Shown: positions 43,871 to 59,316, counted from the stretch's first letter. The stretch is DNA of 64,000 nt from Eledone cirrhosa (GCA_964016885.1 OZ024744.1:42718001-42782000), one strand, 5' to 3'. The notes: generated from the sequence alone by a model not told the origin. Numbers and translations: made by a program.

Positions 43871-46800
43871 TCAGATGAAAACTGTTTGACAGAGTTTTTT
43901 GGGCCAGTGGACTCCTCGACCGGAACGGGTGGTGGTCTTGTATATAGGTGAAGGTGGGACAGAAGGAGAAGGTGTATGTACAATAGAGAAAGATGGGAGT
44001 ATTTGTGGCTCAGGTGTATGAGCGTCTGTGAATGCCCTTTTTAGTCTATCAACCGAAATTGTCTCTCTGGATCCCTTAATGTCTACAGTGAAATGTTTGT
44101 CAGTACGTGCTAAGACACGGTAGGGTCCAGAGTATGGTTGTGTGAGAGGTGAACTAACAGCGTCGTTTCTGACAAAGACATGTATCCACGAGGCAATATC
44201 CCTCGGGACTGCAATTTTAATAGTTTGTTTCCTGGCATCCATAGGCGGTAAGTCCTGAAAATATGAGCGCAAACGAGATACGTAGGAAAGAGGATCTTGA
44301 ATAGCAAGATCGACAGGGGCATTTGCCCATGCAACGCTAGAGGAGCACCATACAATAATTCAGCCGGGGAGAACCCAAGGTCCTCCTTTATTGAAGACCG
44401 AATTCCTAACAACACAATAGGAAGGTACTCGCTCCAACGTAGAGAGTCTGGATAGGCACGAAGAACGGCCTTTAATTGGCGGTGAAAACGCTCCACCATT
44501 CCGTTTGAAGCAGGATAAGATGTGGTCCGAATGCGTTGAATGCCAATAAGTTTTGTCAACTCTGAGAAAAGATATGATTCAAATTTCCTACCAAGGTCTG
44601 TAGTAATTGTGGTTGGCACGCCATAGTGGGCAATCCACCCTGATACCAGGGCACGCGCTATCGTCTCGGCGATAATGTCCTTTAAGGGGATGGCTTCAGG
44701 CCATCGTGAAAAACGATCAATGCAGGTCAAAAGGTAAGAATATCCCCTACTGACTGGCCAAAGTCCAACGATTTCGATGTGGATGTGTTGAAAACGAGCA
44801 TCCGGAGTACTGAATGTATCAAGTGGAGTCCGGATGTGTCTGTGGACTTTAGATTTTTGTCACTGTATGCAGGAACGACACCAAGCAATAATTTCTCGCC
44901 TCATATTTGGCCAGAAAAATCTAGCCGTTATGAGCTTTACTGTGGCTGAAGATCCTGGGTGAGAAATGCTGTGCAAGGCAAGGAACACAATTCGACGGTG
45001 AGTCTCGGGAACATAAGGTCGTGGTGAATCCGTAGATACATCGCAGAGAATCTGCCTGTCGGTAGTCGACAAAGGCAGATATTTCAGGTTGCAAGTCGCA
45101 AATTCGGCTGATGAAGTATCCAACGATTCGAGTGCAGGCTGGTCTGCTGCCAAACGACTTAAATCTGTCTCCTAGGATGTCAAAATCGAGCTGATTGAGA
45201 AGCGTGACAAGGCATCTGCAGCTGTATTTAGTGAGCCAGCAATATGCTGGATATCATTGGTAATCTGCGAAATGTAATCGAGGTGCTTTGTCTTTCTGGG
45301 CGAATATTTGTCGGCTGTAGCTCTCAAAGCGAAGGTCAGAGGTTTGTGGTCAGTGAAAACCGTAAAATTTCTTCCCTCAAGAATATGAGAAAAATGTTTC
45401 ACCGACAGATATATGGCTAATAACTCCCGACCAAAGTGCTGTAACGAGTTTCTGCCGGTTTCAGCTCCCTGGAGAAAAAGGCCAAAGGTTGTTGGATTTC
45501 AGCGTTATACTGTTGTAAAACTCCTCCCACAGCTGTATCAGATGCATCGACACAAATGAAAGTTTGACCTCTAGTACTGGGTGGGCTAGCAAAGATGAAT
45601 TAGCAATTGCTGTCTTGGCTGTCTGGAAATCTTCGAGTTGTGCTTGTGTCAAGAAAATATCCTCATTCTTCTTACGACGATCTTTCAAAATCTCGGTAAG
45701 GGAAAACAGTTTTTTTAAACATTGAGGAACGAAACGTCTATAAAAATTGATTAGGCCTAGGAAGTGACGCAACTGGCGAAGTGAAGTAGACGGAGGTAAA
45801 TCCTGTATAGTCTTAACTCGCTGTGGAAGGGCTCGAATACTTTTGCGTCGATGATGTGACCTAAAGAATTCAGTGAAGCGGATCCGAAAACACACTTTGC
45901 GGGATTCACTCGAACGCGGAAATCCTGGAGTCGGCAAAATAAAAGGTTCTGGAGAGGAACTAGCGACGAGAAGATCATCTATATATGCATAAACGAAATC
46001 CAGACCACGAGTGACCGCGTCTATGAACCGCTGAAAAGTGCTAGCGGCATTCCTGAGTCCAAAAGGCATGGTAAAAAAACTGGAAGGATCCGAAAGGAGT
46101 CGTAATAGCTGTTTTCGGAATATCTTCCTTCCTGGCTGTTATTTGGTGGTAAGCTCACACTAAATCGAGTTTGGAGAAAATCTTACAACCCTGCAACGAA
46201 GATGCGAAATCCTGGAGGTGGGGAATCGGATATCTATCCAGGACGGTCATCGCGTTTAATCTCCTATAATCCCCAGTGGGTCTCCAGTCGCCAGAAGTCT
46301 TGGGCACCATATGTAACGGGGAAGCCCAAGGACTCGTAGATGGGTGAATAATGCCCAGCTGCAGCATATGGTCGAACTCGGACAGTGCTGCCTTTAACTT
46401 GTCCGCCGGTAAACGACGTGGACGTGAACATACTGGAGCACTGGTTGTGGAAATAAAATGTTCGGTTGAGTGAGTTGGCTCGGTAACTCGAACATTTCCA
46501 TCGATGAGCTCCGGGAACGATTCTAACAACGAATGGTAGGCGTTTCCAGCGGCAGCGATGAAAAAAGTTGGGTTAACCGTTGAAGCACCGGCTCTTCGGC
46601 CACGAATTGAGAAACCGGTGATGTCATCCACTAGACGTTGGCCTCGGACATCCTCATCAAGGAGGAATTGTGGAGGAAATCTGCTCCTAAGATTGGGTAT
46701 GGCAAGTCAGCGACCGTAAAAATCCATTTAAAATCCCTACGAAGATTTTGGAATTGGAGGGGATGCGAGATTTGTCCGTACGTCTTTATAGGCGAGTAGT

Positions 46801-46900
46801 TAACGGCCTGCAGAGTAACGGATGACTCCGCGGAGGTATCCTTTATGCAATGGACCGGCCAAATACTACAGGAGGCTCCTGTATCCATGAGGAAGGCTCT
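43871..46900 (-). pseudogene. Gypsy pol (protease, RT, RNase H, integrase), many frameshifts
   Basis: [95 protein letters not shown]. Confidence 0.95.
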
Positions 46901-47049
46901 TCCAGACAGGAGGTCCTTGATGAAGAATTAGCGGTTTGTGTGCTTTACGCTGAGGTTGACTGCCACCCTCAGCCAACCTCTCTGGCGTTTCCTGACTTCA
47001 CAAAAGAACAAAGCTGTACAAAGTGGTTCGCGTTCTCATCAAAACGCTC

Positions 47050-47876
47050 GTAGTACCAGCATAAAGATGAAGCTGGTGACCTGGTGCGGTGTCTGAAAGA
47101 GGTAGATCTACCGCGGCTGCGTGAGCGTGAACGAACATTACCAAAGGCCTACAGCTTCTGTAGCTCCAGTGTGAGTTCCAGAATAGCTTTTTGCATAGCC
47201 ATTATAGCTGGGCTGTCTGTCTGAGTTGCCTCGCAGGTGGCATGGCCAGGTGTGGCCCGGGCGAAACAGCGGCAAGGGCCTCGCTGCCTCCAGCACCCGT
47301 GACTTCAAAAACCTTGTCCGCAGAGGCCGCCAGTTGGTCCGCAGAACAGGTATCTCTAATTGGGGCCAAAATTGCTTGAACGTTGGTCGGTAGACGTGAG
47401 AAAAACAACTGCTTCAACATTGCGGTTTCCGATACCGACCCCTCTGTTAGGTCTTTCATCGGACGTAAGAGGTCCGATGGAGTGCCATCCCCGATATGCT
47501 CTAAATGGACCAGAGCTCTAAAGCGTTTCTCGGCGTACTGTGCAGTCCGGCTGAGTATTTCAGCCTTCAACGACTTGTAAGTAGCGTCAGTCGGTGACTC
47601 CAATACGAGATCCTTAATAGTTGGGAGAAGTGCCGGAGGAATGGCACTAAGGACGAGGAGACGTTGCTGTGCCTCAGCGATGTTGTTAGCCTCGAAAAAT
47701 GCTTCCATTTGAGCGAACCATAACTTCACGTCGCCCGTGTAAGTAGGGAGAATAGATTGAGCTGCCATTGGTGCAATCTCAGTAAGCGGTAAAATGCGAC
47801 TCCGTAAAGAAAAATATCTCGAACCCAAGGGAAAAAGAAAATAAATCCTCTTGATTTTTTTCTGTCTTTTCTTCAA
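47050..47876 (-). pseudogene. Gypsy gag
   Basis: LWFAQMEAFF, YKSLKAEIL, IGDGTPSDLL, LFFSRLPTNVQAIL. Confidence 0.85.
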
Positions 47877-48058
47877 ACAACCGGACAGGAAAAAGAATGT
47901 ATCCGAAATATTGTGTAAGTGAGCGACTAAGCAAACAATGGGATTAACAATATATCTACTGAGAACCTAAAGCAAAAACCAACATGGTGCACGGTTTCGC
48001 GCTAAAAAAACTGTTGAAGAAGAAAGCCGCCACCTTTAATTCTTTCAAAAATTTCAGC

Positions 48059-48372
<314 letters not shown>

Positions 48373-48431
48373 AAGAGATACACACGCATACATACGCATG
48401 TATGTATATATATATAGAGAGAGAGATAGAG

Positions 48432-50715
48432 AGATTACATTATGACAAATTTGGAAGATATACTTCAGGTTTAGAACGAAAATTGCATTTAAGTATAAGT
48501 AAATAAACAAATAAGGGGGAGAACTTTGATTATTTATATAAGTTAAGATTTTTTAAATATAATATTATAATTATAGGGTTTTATGAATATACTAGATTAA
48601 GTGTATCTAATTTTATGGGTGGTATTAGCTATCTTTTTATTTAAACTAAAAATTGCATAGGTCAGGGGAAAAGAATTTATTAACGAGGTAAAGAATAAAT
48701 AATTATATAAATAAACATTTTTAATGATATGGGTAATATAGAAAACCGATAAGTATTTTATATAATTATTGTAGATATAGAATAAACATGTATAACTTGT
48801 TATTTACATTACATTAAATTAAATTTATTTAGATACAATCCGAGGTTTTATGTAAGGGTTATAACGGATAAATCAGATAAGCATATTGGAGAAGGGAAGG
48901 GCAAATGGTTAAAATCTGTTTTCTTATAGATTAAAGTTGAAAAAGAATATAAGGAATAACGGAAGGTAGAATAAATATGTGATTGGAAAAATAATTGATT
49001 GAGAGAATGTATAGGAAACTAAAAAATCTATTATATATAAAGTATCTTATGCCATGGAAAATTTTTTTAGAAAGATATAGTGTCACTTATTAAGTTGTTA
49101 CTATATACATAGGTATATATAAAAAAAGACATACATACATACGCATATATATACATATATAAATATTGATACAACTATACAAATATATATATGTGATAAG
49201 TTTAGCTAAATATTCTGTGAAAAGATCTAGAGAACTTCATAATAAATTTCCTATTATTAATAATATAAAGAATTTCAGTATTACTGAGATTACAAGTTTT
49301 AAAAATAGAAGAATCTACGTAGGGCATTAGCTAGTCTATGCCAAGTAGGGAGTAATCTATGTTTTTGTTTTTAAGAGATATTAACTGTGACAAAGAAGTG
49401 GAGAATGTCTTATCTATTCTCTTAAACGTATGCCTATGGTTGTACCATCTTTTCTTAAATTTAGAGGAAGTATCACCGATATAGTTATACGACTTATCAT
49501 TAGTTTTAACGATGCATTTATACACTAGATTGCGGTCAAGGCAGTTATTATTTAACGGGCAAGAATGACTGTTTTTACAATTACAATTATTTAGGTTATT
49601 ATTTGATGACGTTACTCTGTGATCAAGGTGTGTGAGACTGTTATTGTTTATCTTACTATTGTTATTTCCATAGTTAGCGTAAGGGGTTAATTCTATCTGA
49701 TTAGTTGTAAGATTCCTATTATTAATTTTTGCTATATTTTGGGCTATATTCATAGTTGTTGAGTATGATAGTTTAATAGTATGTCTGTTAAAATTCTGGT
49801 AATATTTATGGGTTCTTGGAAAACATTTATCCAGCGCCAGGAAAAACTGATGAGCTACTCTTAATTCATAGAGATAGTGGTGGAGAATACAATAAAATAG
49901 AACGAAACCGGGATTTACTATTATATTTTTTTTTTTTTATATATATGAGTTATGTTGATTATAAGGTTGATTTATTCTCGTTTTGGTGTTTCGGTTATTA
50001 ATATTAGAGGAACGATTATCTTAATATGAGGTATAAATATTTTTATCTATGTTGTTTTATTTTATCAGAGTAGCCTACCCTGCTTAACGCATCGTTATAA
50101 TACTTGGCCTTATTGTCAAAGATATCCTTATTGGCAGAGGTCTAGATATTCTAAGTTGAACACTGTTAACTATAGCCCTCTTAACGTTTTTAGGGTGGTT
50201 GGAATATAAACTAACTAATAATTGAGGTTTTCATTTAACTTATGGAATGGGTAGTAAAGGCCAGATTTAAGATTTAAAGTAATGTCTAGGAAGTTGACTA
50301 TACTATTATTGTTTTTAATTTAAACATTTTAAGGCCATAATTATTAAAGAAGTCAATTATAATTTTCTTTTTCTTATTAAGGGCACTATTACTATGGTTA
50401 TATAGTATAAAAGTGCATCATCACGATATAAACCTCCGGCAATTTCCGGCAGCTTTCTATGGATAATGTTGAGGTCTGTAACTTGAGCTGAGTCCAAGGA
50501 CCCCATGTTATTATCAAAATTTCCAGGTCTATCAGCTCTGGTCCAAAGACCGCCATTAAAGTTAATAAGGGTTTTCCTCGCAGTAAGGATGGTGTTTATT
50601 TAATCGCTTGAGAGATCAGTGTGTTTTGATGCATAACATAAGGCCTTGTTAAGTAAAGTTGGAGTGATAGAAGAATAGTAATTTGTTATAACCATTTGAA
50701 TGAATTTTGTCACAA
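48432..50715 (-). mobile_element. Degenerate AT-rich Naiad-type PLE
   Basis: [70 protein letters not shown]; left boundary approximate. Confidence 0.85.
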
Positions 50716-50734
50716 TATAATATAATATATATAT

Positions 50735-50898
<164 letters not shown>

Positions 50899-50899
50899 C

Positions 50900-50994
<95 letters not shown>

Positions 50995-51125
50995 GTGAGG
51001 TTCTTTTACAAATTGAAAAATAACCGAGGTGTCCTACACGAGTGAAATTATAAAGAAAAAGAGATGAAATCGAAAATGCAACTGGAGTCTTATTTTTTTT
51101 TTTAAATATATATATTTATTTGGTT

Positions 51126-51163
51126 CCTTTACCGGTTTCGCAGTTCTTCTGCTTTTCAAAAGG
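51126..51163 (-). ncRNA. Minimal hammerhead ribozyme, U3-A8 variant, within repeat 50988-51197
   Basis: Reverse complement: cctt-TTGAAAA-gcag aagaa ctgc-GAAA-ccgg-TA-aagg; all stems perfect. Confidence 0.85.
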
Positions 51164-51194
51164 TGAGTTGAGATGGAGTGTCTGTAGTTTTTCT

Positions 51195-51270
<76 letters not shown>

Positions 51271-51346
51271 TATACACACACATATATATATATATAATCT
51301 TCCTTTGATAATAAGCTACACACACATATATATATATATATTATAT

Positions 51347-52086
51347 AACGGTCTTTTTTTCTGACCGGGGAGAGTTGCCGGTTCGAGATAAGCTCTACAG
51401 GCATGGAAGTGCCGTCAGCCGAAGCTGTCAGAGATGCGCACAGGGCGACGAAACCGTCCTGCACGCACTCGTTCAGTGCCCGAGGATTGCTGACTTGTGG
51501 AGCTATGTCAGACATTTGCTGTCACGTGTAGGACGGATCCGGTTATCGACAGAGTCCATTGTGCAGATAACCCCGCTGTCCTCCTTTAAGGAGGAGTTAT
51601 GGCAGGCAGTTTTCATCTGCCTGGTGGCCATGGCGAAAGAGATTTTATGATGGACAAGGTTGAAAGGATTGAAGACGGACACTTTGCTCTTCGGTGACGC
51701 CCTCATTGACTTTTTCAGGTTTCACCTGAAAAAGTTAATGAGGGCGTCAGAGTGGCGAGGGAAGTACTGCCTTATAGCCAATTTGTTGAAACGTGGATGA
51801 GAGAGGCAAGAATGGCCCATGTGAATGGGCCTACCCTGAGCGTGTGCATCGTAGAAGGAAAACTGGAAGAGGGCACTTACCCGAGCTGTCAGGGTAACCG
51901 TGGCTTTTTTGTGGGCTTTCTCCACGAGCGACCCTATTGGGGAATTTTTTCATTGTTTCTTTTTTGTTACATCCTCTGTTTTTTGTTCTTTTTTACACGC
52001 AGAAATTCCCATTTGTACCGTCCTGTATTGTCCTGTGTTGTCCTTAATGTTATACTTTGTGTCAACCCTTGTCGGTAATAAAGAAA

Positions 52087-52088
<2 letters not shown>
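51347..52088 (+). mobile_element. L1/Tx1 LINE 3' end
   Basis: LPVRDKLYRH..CQRC..DETVLHALVQC zinc finger; AATAAA followed by (ATT)n. Confidence 0.88.
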
Positions 52089-52154
<66 letters not shown>

Positions 52155-53959
52155 GGCGACCTACGTAGGAAATTGTATTATCGTGAGCTCCACAATGGTT
52201 TGTTGTTTTCAGTTGTTTCAAATTGCCAGTTATGGAAAATTATTGTGGTTAACTGTTTATAAGTTCACATACATTGCTTTCTGAAAAGGACACTCAATAA
52301 TATTGGGGCCTTGAGCCCAAAATTTAAACTTTATTTTGTCAAACAAACAATTTCTTTAAAAAAAAATAAAATGGACGGCATTCGCCTACCCAAATCTGCG
52401 GACAGCAGTTCTAACATAGCAACATCTCCCACCACCATTGTAAACCTTGATACGGTTGCCAAGACCGAAAACTTCTTTCGCTAACATAGATTTCCAGCCA
52501 TTACCAATGTCTACAGGTGTTAAAGCCGCCATCTCCAACACCACTGATTCCACCACCACTACCACCACTACAACAACAACAACTGAAACAAAAAATAAAT
52601 TATTATCTCGTGATATCGAAATGGATTCTCCGAAAATGGATTCTTCCACGCCGAACGCAACTGACACCACCACGACCACCACCACCACCACAGCTGAAAC
52701 AAAAAATAATAATAACAACAACAGCAATAATAAGAATAACAACAGCAACAGCAACACCAGCATAAAACCAAATGTGGCTTTTGCTAAAGCGGCGAACAAA
52801 AACGAAACGATTGAGGTAAGCTATGAAGAACTGAATGAGGCCAGGCGAATGGTGAAGAAAAATGGTTAGAGGGTCAGCCCCCCACCCCTACCCCAATCAA
52901 ATACCATGGAGCATCGGCGCCTATGTACTGTACCATTTCGCACAATAAATATAAAAACACACCGAGTTGAGCGGGCATCCGAGTTCCAGATCCAAAAAAG
53001 CTTTGGGACATGTGTGGGTTCAAAAAACTCACATCAGACGTGGACAAAAATATGGAAGCGTGGATGAGTTCTTTGGAATCCCACAGGAAGCCAGGGAGCA
53101 CTCTATTGCCCCATTAAATAGTGACGAGTTCACACTCGTCCCTAACTATTGTGGTCAGAAGCTGGTAAAAATAAGGGTGACCCAGGTTCCGCCGGCCATT
53201 GAATGATGGCTGCCGTCCTCGCCAACATTGAGGCCGTCACAAAAGTGATCGAGGTGATAAAAGTAAAGCAGGAAAACTGGTCCGGATCTGGGATGGAGCT
53301 CCTGATCCAAGCGGATCAAAAAAACATCCAGGAGATTCCAGAGGTGATAGACCTCAATGACGGCAGCCACCTCACCGTAATCGTTGACGGTAGAAGGCCT
53401 AGGTGTGTTGTTTGTGGCGAAGGAACCCACCTAAAGGCCTTCTGCCCTCGGGGGATGGCTAAAAGGTTGAGGCTACTTCTCCTGTCCACCCCAGTGACTC
53501 AACCATCAAAACCAACAGCAGAAATGGCAGCAACGACAACAGCAACTGTAGCAACAATAGTAACAAGACCAACACCACTACCACCGCCGCGCCAGAATTA
53601 GCACCAGCGCCTCCACCATCCACCAATGCACAACCAAAACCAACGACTGTGGAGGATTTTTCACTCCCCGACCTCTCGCAACTGGAGACAGACTGTGACG
53701 ACGAGGAGGAGTGGGAAACTGTATCTGGGGGAAAAAAAGAAACTAGAAAAGAAAAAAATCCAGCTACGCCACCACCCACACCAGCATCACCAGCCCCATC
53801 ACCTCAAACACCAACGCCATCACCATCATCAAATCCAATACCACCATCACCAACACCACAAAAATCACCAACAAGCGAAACAGAAACAAACCCACAACAA
53901 ACGCAAACAAAACGAAGCAACCAAAACGATAGACACTACACAGCATTAAATTTGAACAA

Positions 53960-54146
53960 GGGCGGTGGATTGGCAGTATCGGTAGAGAGTCGGACACCAT
54001 GTTTTGAAACATAGAGTTTCGTCCCTTTATGATCTGAGTTCAAATCCTGCCGAGGTTAACTTTGCCTTTCATCCTTACGGGGTCGATAAAATAAAGTACC
54101 AGTAATGTACTGGGTATTTGCTGGCCTTGTGCCTAAAATAGAAACA
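53960..54146 (+). mobile_element. tRNA-derived SINE inserted in Tx1 ORF1
   Basis: 15-bp TSD attaaatttgaacaa / attaagtttgaacaa (53945-53959 / 54147-54161). Confidence 0.9.
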
Positions 54147-54462
54147 ATTAAGTTTGAACAACAACCAATTATTCCACTACATCCAAAACAACACCAGCAC
54201 CACAGAAAAAGACTATACAACACCCCAAAAATTCATACCACCGACACACATACAAATCATTCATATCACACACAACATACACAACACTAAAATTAAAATT
54301 CCCCAAGGACACCGGAGACTTCCGGCAAACACTTTCTAGGAGGATATATAAAGACATCCTTCCGGAGGGGGCCACAAACAATCAGAAGGACGGAAAAACC
54401 ATCCTTCCTCCACAAGAACTGAGGTAAATGGTCTTTCCCATCTTTTTCCACTCCTTTTCAAC

Positions 54463-56948
54463 ATGACCTTACTCAGAATAAGCAGCATAAATGCGCGTGG
54501 CCTGGGGTCGTCATGTAAGCAGGGCCACCTGCTCAACGACCTCAGATCCATGAACATAGATGTGGTGGCCATCAGCGATACTAGAATTTCCGAGACACAT
54601 GCCTTCATACCCATCTTCGGCGGTTACAATGTGTACGCATCTCCAAGCCAGCCGGGGTCGCTGTCTTGTTTCGGAGAGGCCTGAATCTCGTTATACAGAC
54701 CATCTTCCTGGACTCAGAAGGTAAGCTGGTGGTGTTGGATGCGACCAGCGGAGAAGGGCAAGCTTTCAGGCTTGTGGCCGTTATCCTCGACAGGAGCAAG
54801 GCGGCCTGATTTCTTCCGGCGTCTGGAGACCTTTCTGGAAAGTCCCGCTCTTTAGTGTTAGTGGGCGACTGGAACGGGATCTTAGATGCACGCTGGGACT
54901 GTGTGGGATTAGCGGATAGGGGAAGAGGGTGTAAAAACTTCGCAAACCTGCTCAGAGGTTTTCAACTGTCTAACAGGTACCGTCTGAATTTCCCGAATGT
55001 GCCAATGTGGACTTGGGAAAACCGCATCGGGTCATCCAGATCATATCTAGATAGGGTATTTTGCAGGGAAATAGTTAGGTCTAGAATCGGCTGTCCACAA
55101 TTCAAGATAGTCGACTACACGGACCACAAATTCTTGATTTGTGTAGTTGACTTAGATAGGCTTCATAGACAGTGACCCGGCTACTGGAAGCTGAACGCGT
55201 CGTTAACAGCACGCAAAGCCTATAGAGACCGGATTAGTTAAGTAGTTAAGCTAGCGTTGGCGGGAGCCATCGTCTACAACAAATGATGGTTTGCTCTGAA
55301 AAGAGCGATTAGAAAAGAGCCCTTTAGGTTTAGTAAGGCGTTAGCAATAGAGAAAAATAGAGCAGAGGGAGAACTAGTTAGCAAATTAGACGAGGCGCTT
55401 TGCAAAGGCATCGCGACTGATGTGCTTGCAGCGAAATTGGCCCTCGACAAATACTTCAACGCAAAGCACGAAGACTGCGTTGTCAGAGCTAGGGCGCGTG
55501 CTCTCAGACATGAGGGGACGAATGCCTTCGATGGGCCCGAGTGGCGGAGGCGCGTCGTGGCATCAAACCCACGACCCGATCGTTGGCGGACCAAGATGGG
55601 CGCATACTCGATCCCGGGCAAATGTGTGTGTCTTTTCAGCGACACTTCGCACAGCTATTCGGGGGCAGAGGCGAAACGGATCGCGAGATGGACTTTAGTG
55701 CCTACCTCGACGGACTGCCGCAACTCTCAACCACTGACGCAGAGTGTTGCGGAAAGTCGATAACAGCCGCTGAAGTACGGGAGGCAATGACTGGCTGCAC
55801 AATGGGTAAATCGCTTGTTTTGGATGGTCTGCCCTATGAACTTTACGTACACATGCCAGACTTTTTCGGAGGCCTCTTGGCGGACGTCTACTACAATTGG
55901 CAGCAGAACGGGAGAATTCCCAGCTCTGTGAGCCGAGGAGCGGTGGCGCTGCTGAGAAAGGATCCGAACAAGGGGATAACATAGATAATTTCAGGCCCAT
56001 AACTCTGCTAAACACAGAGTTCAAGATTTTGGCCAAGATACTAGCAAAGAGGTTGGCGCTTGTCGCTGGTGGTCTGGTGGGAGAGGCGCAGACATGCGCC
56101 ATTCCAGACAGATCCATCCACGACAACCTCCACCTCATGCGATACATCGTGGAGAGAGTAACTAGGGAACATGGCACGTGTGGGTCCTTGATCAATTTAG
56201 ATCAGTCGAAAGCTTTCGATAGGGTCGACCATCGTTATCTGGCGGCAGTCCTAAGGGCGGCTGGCTTCGGGCCCGTATTCAGAGGCCGGATGGCTGCCAT
56301 GCACAGCGACATCTGATCTGTGGTGAGAGTGAACGGTCACCTTTCGGAACCGTTCAACATCATGCGCTCGGTCAGCTAAGGATGTCCCCACGTCCCCTCT
56401 CGTCCCTGTTTTGCACATATTGACTCTCGAACCATTACTGCACAAACTGGAGACGTTGAAGGGGATCCCGTGCGAACTGGGATGCGGAAGAACCGTGTTA
56501 GCATACGCAGACGACGTCACCATAGTGGTGTCGAACGCCAAACACATCGAGGCGATCAGCACTACACTAAGAAAATTCGAGGCGGTGACAGGAGCAATGA
56601 TCAACCAGGAAAAGTTGGTGGGCCTGCAGCTCGGCACTTGGAGAGGCAGGTCCATGCCGTCCAACACCGTCGTCAGGCGCTGGACTGACGGACCAGTTAA
56701 ATTGCTAGGGGGTCTCCTTGACGGAGCTGCAGTCCTGGATCGAGCGAAGACCGAGAGGGAACGCTTGGAGTCTGGAATGTCTTCAGGCGCTTACAGCCCT
56801 CGACCACTCGGGCAATGCGATCAGTGGAAACTCCACCTTGATGTTCTATAGAGGATTAGTGGAGGGAAAGAGAGACGACGTACTTGGGGAGACTCTGGGC
56901 GTCGACGAAAATCAACTAGCCAATCTCTTCGGGAGAACCTTCGGGCCT
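54463..56948 (+). pseudogene. L1/Tx1 ORF2 (APE endonuclease plus RT)
   Basis: ISSINARGL, LVGDWN, SYLDRVF, TDHK, DGLPYELY, NFRPITLLNTEFKILAK, LDQSKAFDRVDH, YADDVT. Confidence 0.92.
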
Positions 56949-56961
56949 TATATATACATAT

Positions 56962-57948
56962 AAATACCAGAGTGTAATGTTCATCACCTAGAGGTGAATT
57001 AGCTTACAAATTTAGAAGGGCCCTAGATAAACATAAACTCAATATTAAGATAGTAGAAAGACCAGGTACCTCCATAAAAACACTTATTAGCAATACATAC
57101 CCTTTTCAAAGACCTCCCTGTATAGATAAGAAATGTATAATCTGTAAACTAAGCCCCCATATTAACTGTAAAACTAGAAATGTAGTATATAGCATAAGAT
57201 GTACTGAAGGACAATGTAGAGATAAGAATAGTGTATATAGGTGAGACAGCTCGTAGTATAGGAGAACGGATAAATGAATACTGGTGAGAGCTCCAAGATA
57301 GTACAGAATCATCTGTACTCCACCAACATGCTAAAATAAAACATAGGGGCAAATTAGAGAACATAGAAATAAAAATGGATTCTACACACAGAAAAGACGC
57401 AATGTTTAGACAAATCACAGAGGCAATAAACATAAATGAACTCCAACCAAAATTAAATAGAAAGTATGAATGGAACAGCAACATCACAACTTACAATTAA
57501 GGACAAAATGAAAACACACACACATAGAACAAACACCCAACCGTAACATGTAAATAAACAAATAAATAAACAAATATAAACACACACAGACACCCGGATG
57601 TAACACATGCGCAAACTAAGCACACAACACACACAAAAACAAGATGGCGTAGGACAGAACAAAGGAGAGGCACAAAACAAAGAAAAGAATCCCCAGTCAC
57701 TGAAGAGGTCACAGAATGTGTGACGAAAGAACTTTGACAATATATGAACAATCGTCTGGTTGTGTAACCAACTAACCAACCGGAAATTTATAAATTCCTA
57801 AATTTATAAATTTAATTTATAATAAATTGGAGTGAAAGCGACTGGTGCGTGTGTTTCTTATTGGCAACATGACCCTCCCAAAGTATAACAATATCGGTTT
57901 CAACACACGTTTTCAGATAAAGAATCTTGCTAAACAAATTCAGAAACG

Positions 57949-57950
<2 letters not shown>
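56962..57950 (+). mobile_element. PLE 3' fragment (GIY-YIG plus 3' UTR), related to 38308-40990
   Basis: KIVERPGTSIK..CIDKKCIICK..NCKTRNVVYSIRCTEG..YIGETARSIGERI. Confidence 0.88.
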
Positions 57951-58029
<79 letters not shown>

Positions 58030-58030
<1 letters not shown>

Positions 58031-58764
58031 CAGAGTTTGTAGCTTGCTTGTAGCATTGTTGAATAGGAAACACAAATCTAAATAATTTTGAAAACCAAAC
58101 AATGCGTTAGGTAAAAAGATTAAATCGCCAAGATATCAAAAGAATCTTAATTGTTGCCTAGTATCTACGTAGTATATAGGCTAGAATGTAACCAGTGCAA
58201 TCTATTTTACATAGGCAACACTATTCGACCGTTACATCTCCGTATTAAAGAACATCTTAACACCAACTCCTCTTCCTTCCGCAAACACATCATCAAAGGT
58301 GGAAACTGGGACATCATTACCACCACAATCTTAGCTACCGAACGCAGTATAGGCACGCTGAGAATTAAGGAAGCCCTCTTAATCAAGCAATTAAAACCTA
58401 GGATCAATAATTGAATGGAAAAAAATGCACCAGAATAGCTAATCTAAAAGCCTGTATTGCAACATCCCAACGGTCAGTTTCATTCTTTCTTTCAAATTAA
58501 ATCTATGTCCTCACTAGACACACTTAGACTCACACACACACACATACATATATCACACACATATTTTCCTGTGTTATTATATATTCGCACACACCTTTCA
58601 CTACATAAACTTACATTCATACACACACATACATACATCCCACTAACACACTTACATTCACGCACACACATACATATATTATACATTTCACAACGCGCAT
58701 GTTCGAAACTTTAACGTCTTTTCATTTCATTTAACTTAAATCTGCCTTCCTAACAAGCAAGTCT
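58030..58764 (+). mobile_element. PLE GIY-YIG fragment related to 21322-24840
   Basis: VVYRLECNQCNLFYIGNTIRPLHLRIKEH..LRIKEALLIK. Confidence 0.85.
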
Positions 58765-58776
58765 ATTGTTATGTGT

Positions 58777-59316
58777 AGCTGAGTCCATCGTGAGGATTGC
58801 CCCGCCCTCTTCCTTTAGCCGGGAAGGGCAGGCAGTTTTTATCTGTCTGGTGGCCATGGTGAAAGAGATAGTATGGTGGACACGTTTGAAAGGGCTGAAG
58901 ACGAGCACTTACCTCTTCGGTGATGCCCTGATTAACCTTTTCAAATTTAATTTGAAAAGGAAAATCAGGGTAGAGAGGGAAGTGCTCTCTTCCCAGCATT
59001 GTGTTGAAAGATGGGTGAGAGAGGCAAGTATGGCCCGAGTGAATGGGCCTACTCTGAGTATGTGTCTGTAAATTAAAGGTGGAAAACTGGGAGAGGGCAC
59101 TTGCCCTGGTGGTCAGGGTCACTGTGGTCTTTTAATGGGCTTTCTCCACAAATGTGCCTCGGAAGTCTCCCCCCTATTGGGGAATCTTTCTTTGTTATTT
59201 TATTACATCCTCTGTTTTTTTTTACACGCAGAAATGCCTATTTGTACCGTCCTGTATTGTCCTGTACTGTCCTTAATGTCTACTTTATGTAAACCCTTGT
59301 GGTTAATAAAGAAAAC
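58777..59316 (+). mobile_element. L1/Tx1 3' end with TSD
   Basis: Similar to 51550-52088; 12-bp TSD attgttatgtgt (58765-58776 / 59317-59328). Confidence 0.88.

Larger units (their letters stand above)
52155..56948 (+). mobile_element. L1/Tx1 LINE, 5' UTR through RT, 3'-truncated
   Basis: ORF1 from ~52371 with CCHC knuckle CVVCGEGTHLKAFC; ORF2 from 54463. Confidence 0.88.

Noticed and set aside
52447-54014. Thr/Asn/Pro-rich ORFs as mucin-like host genes
   Set aside because: They are low-complexity parts of Tx1 ORF1 around the CCHC knuckle, directly upstream of ORF2
57883-57920. Possible minimal HHR in the 38.3/57.9/8.5-kb PLE termini
   Set aside because: Core reads CTGAAAA, ATGAAAT or ATGTAAT in the three copies and stem II does not pair
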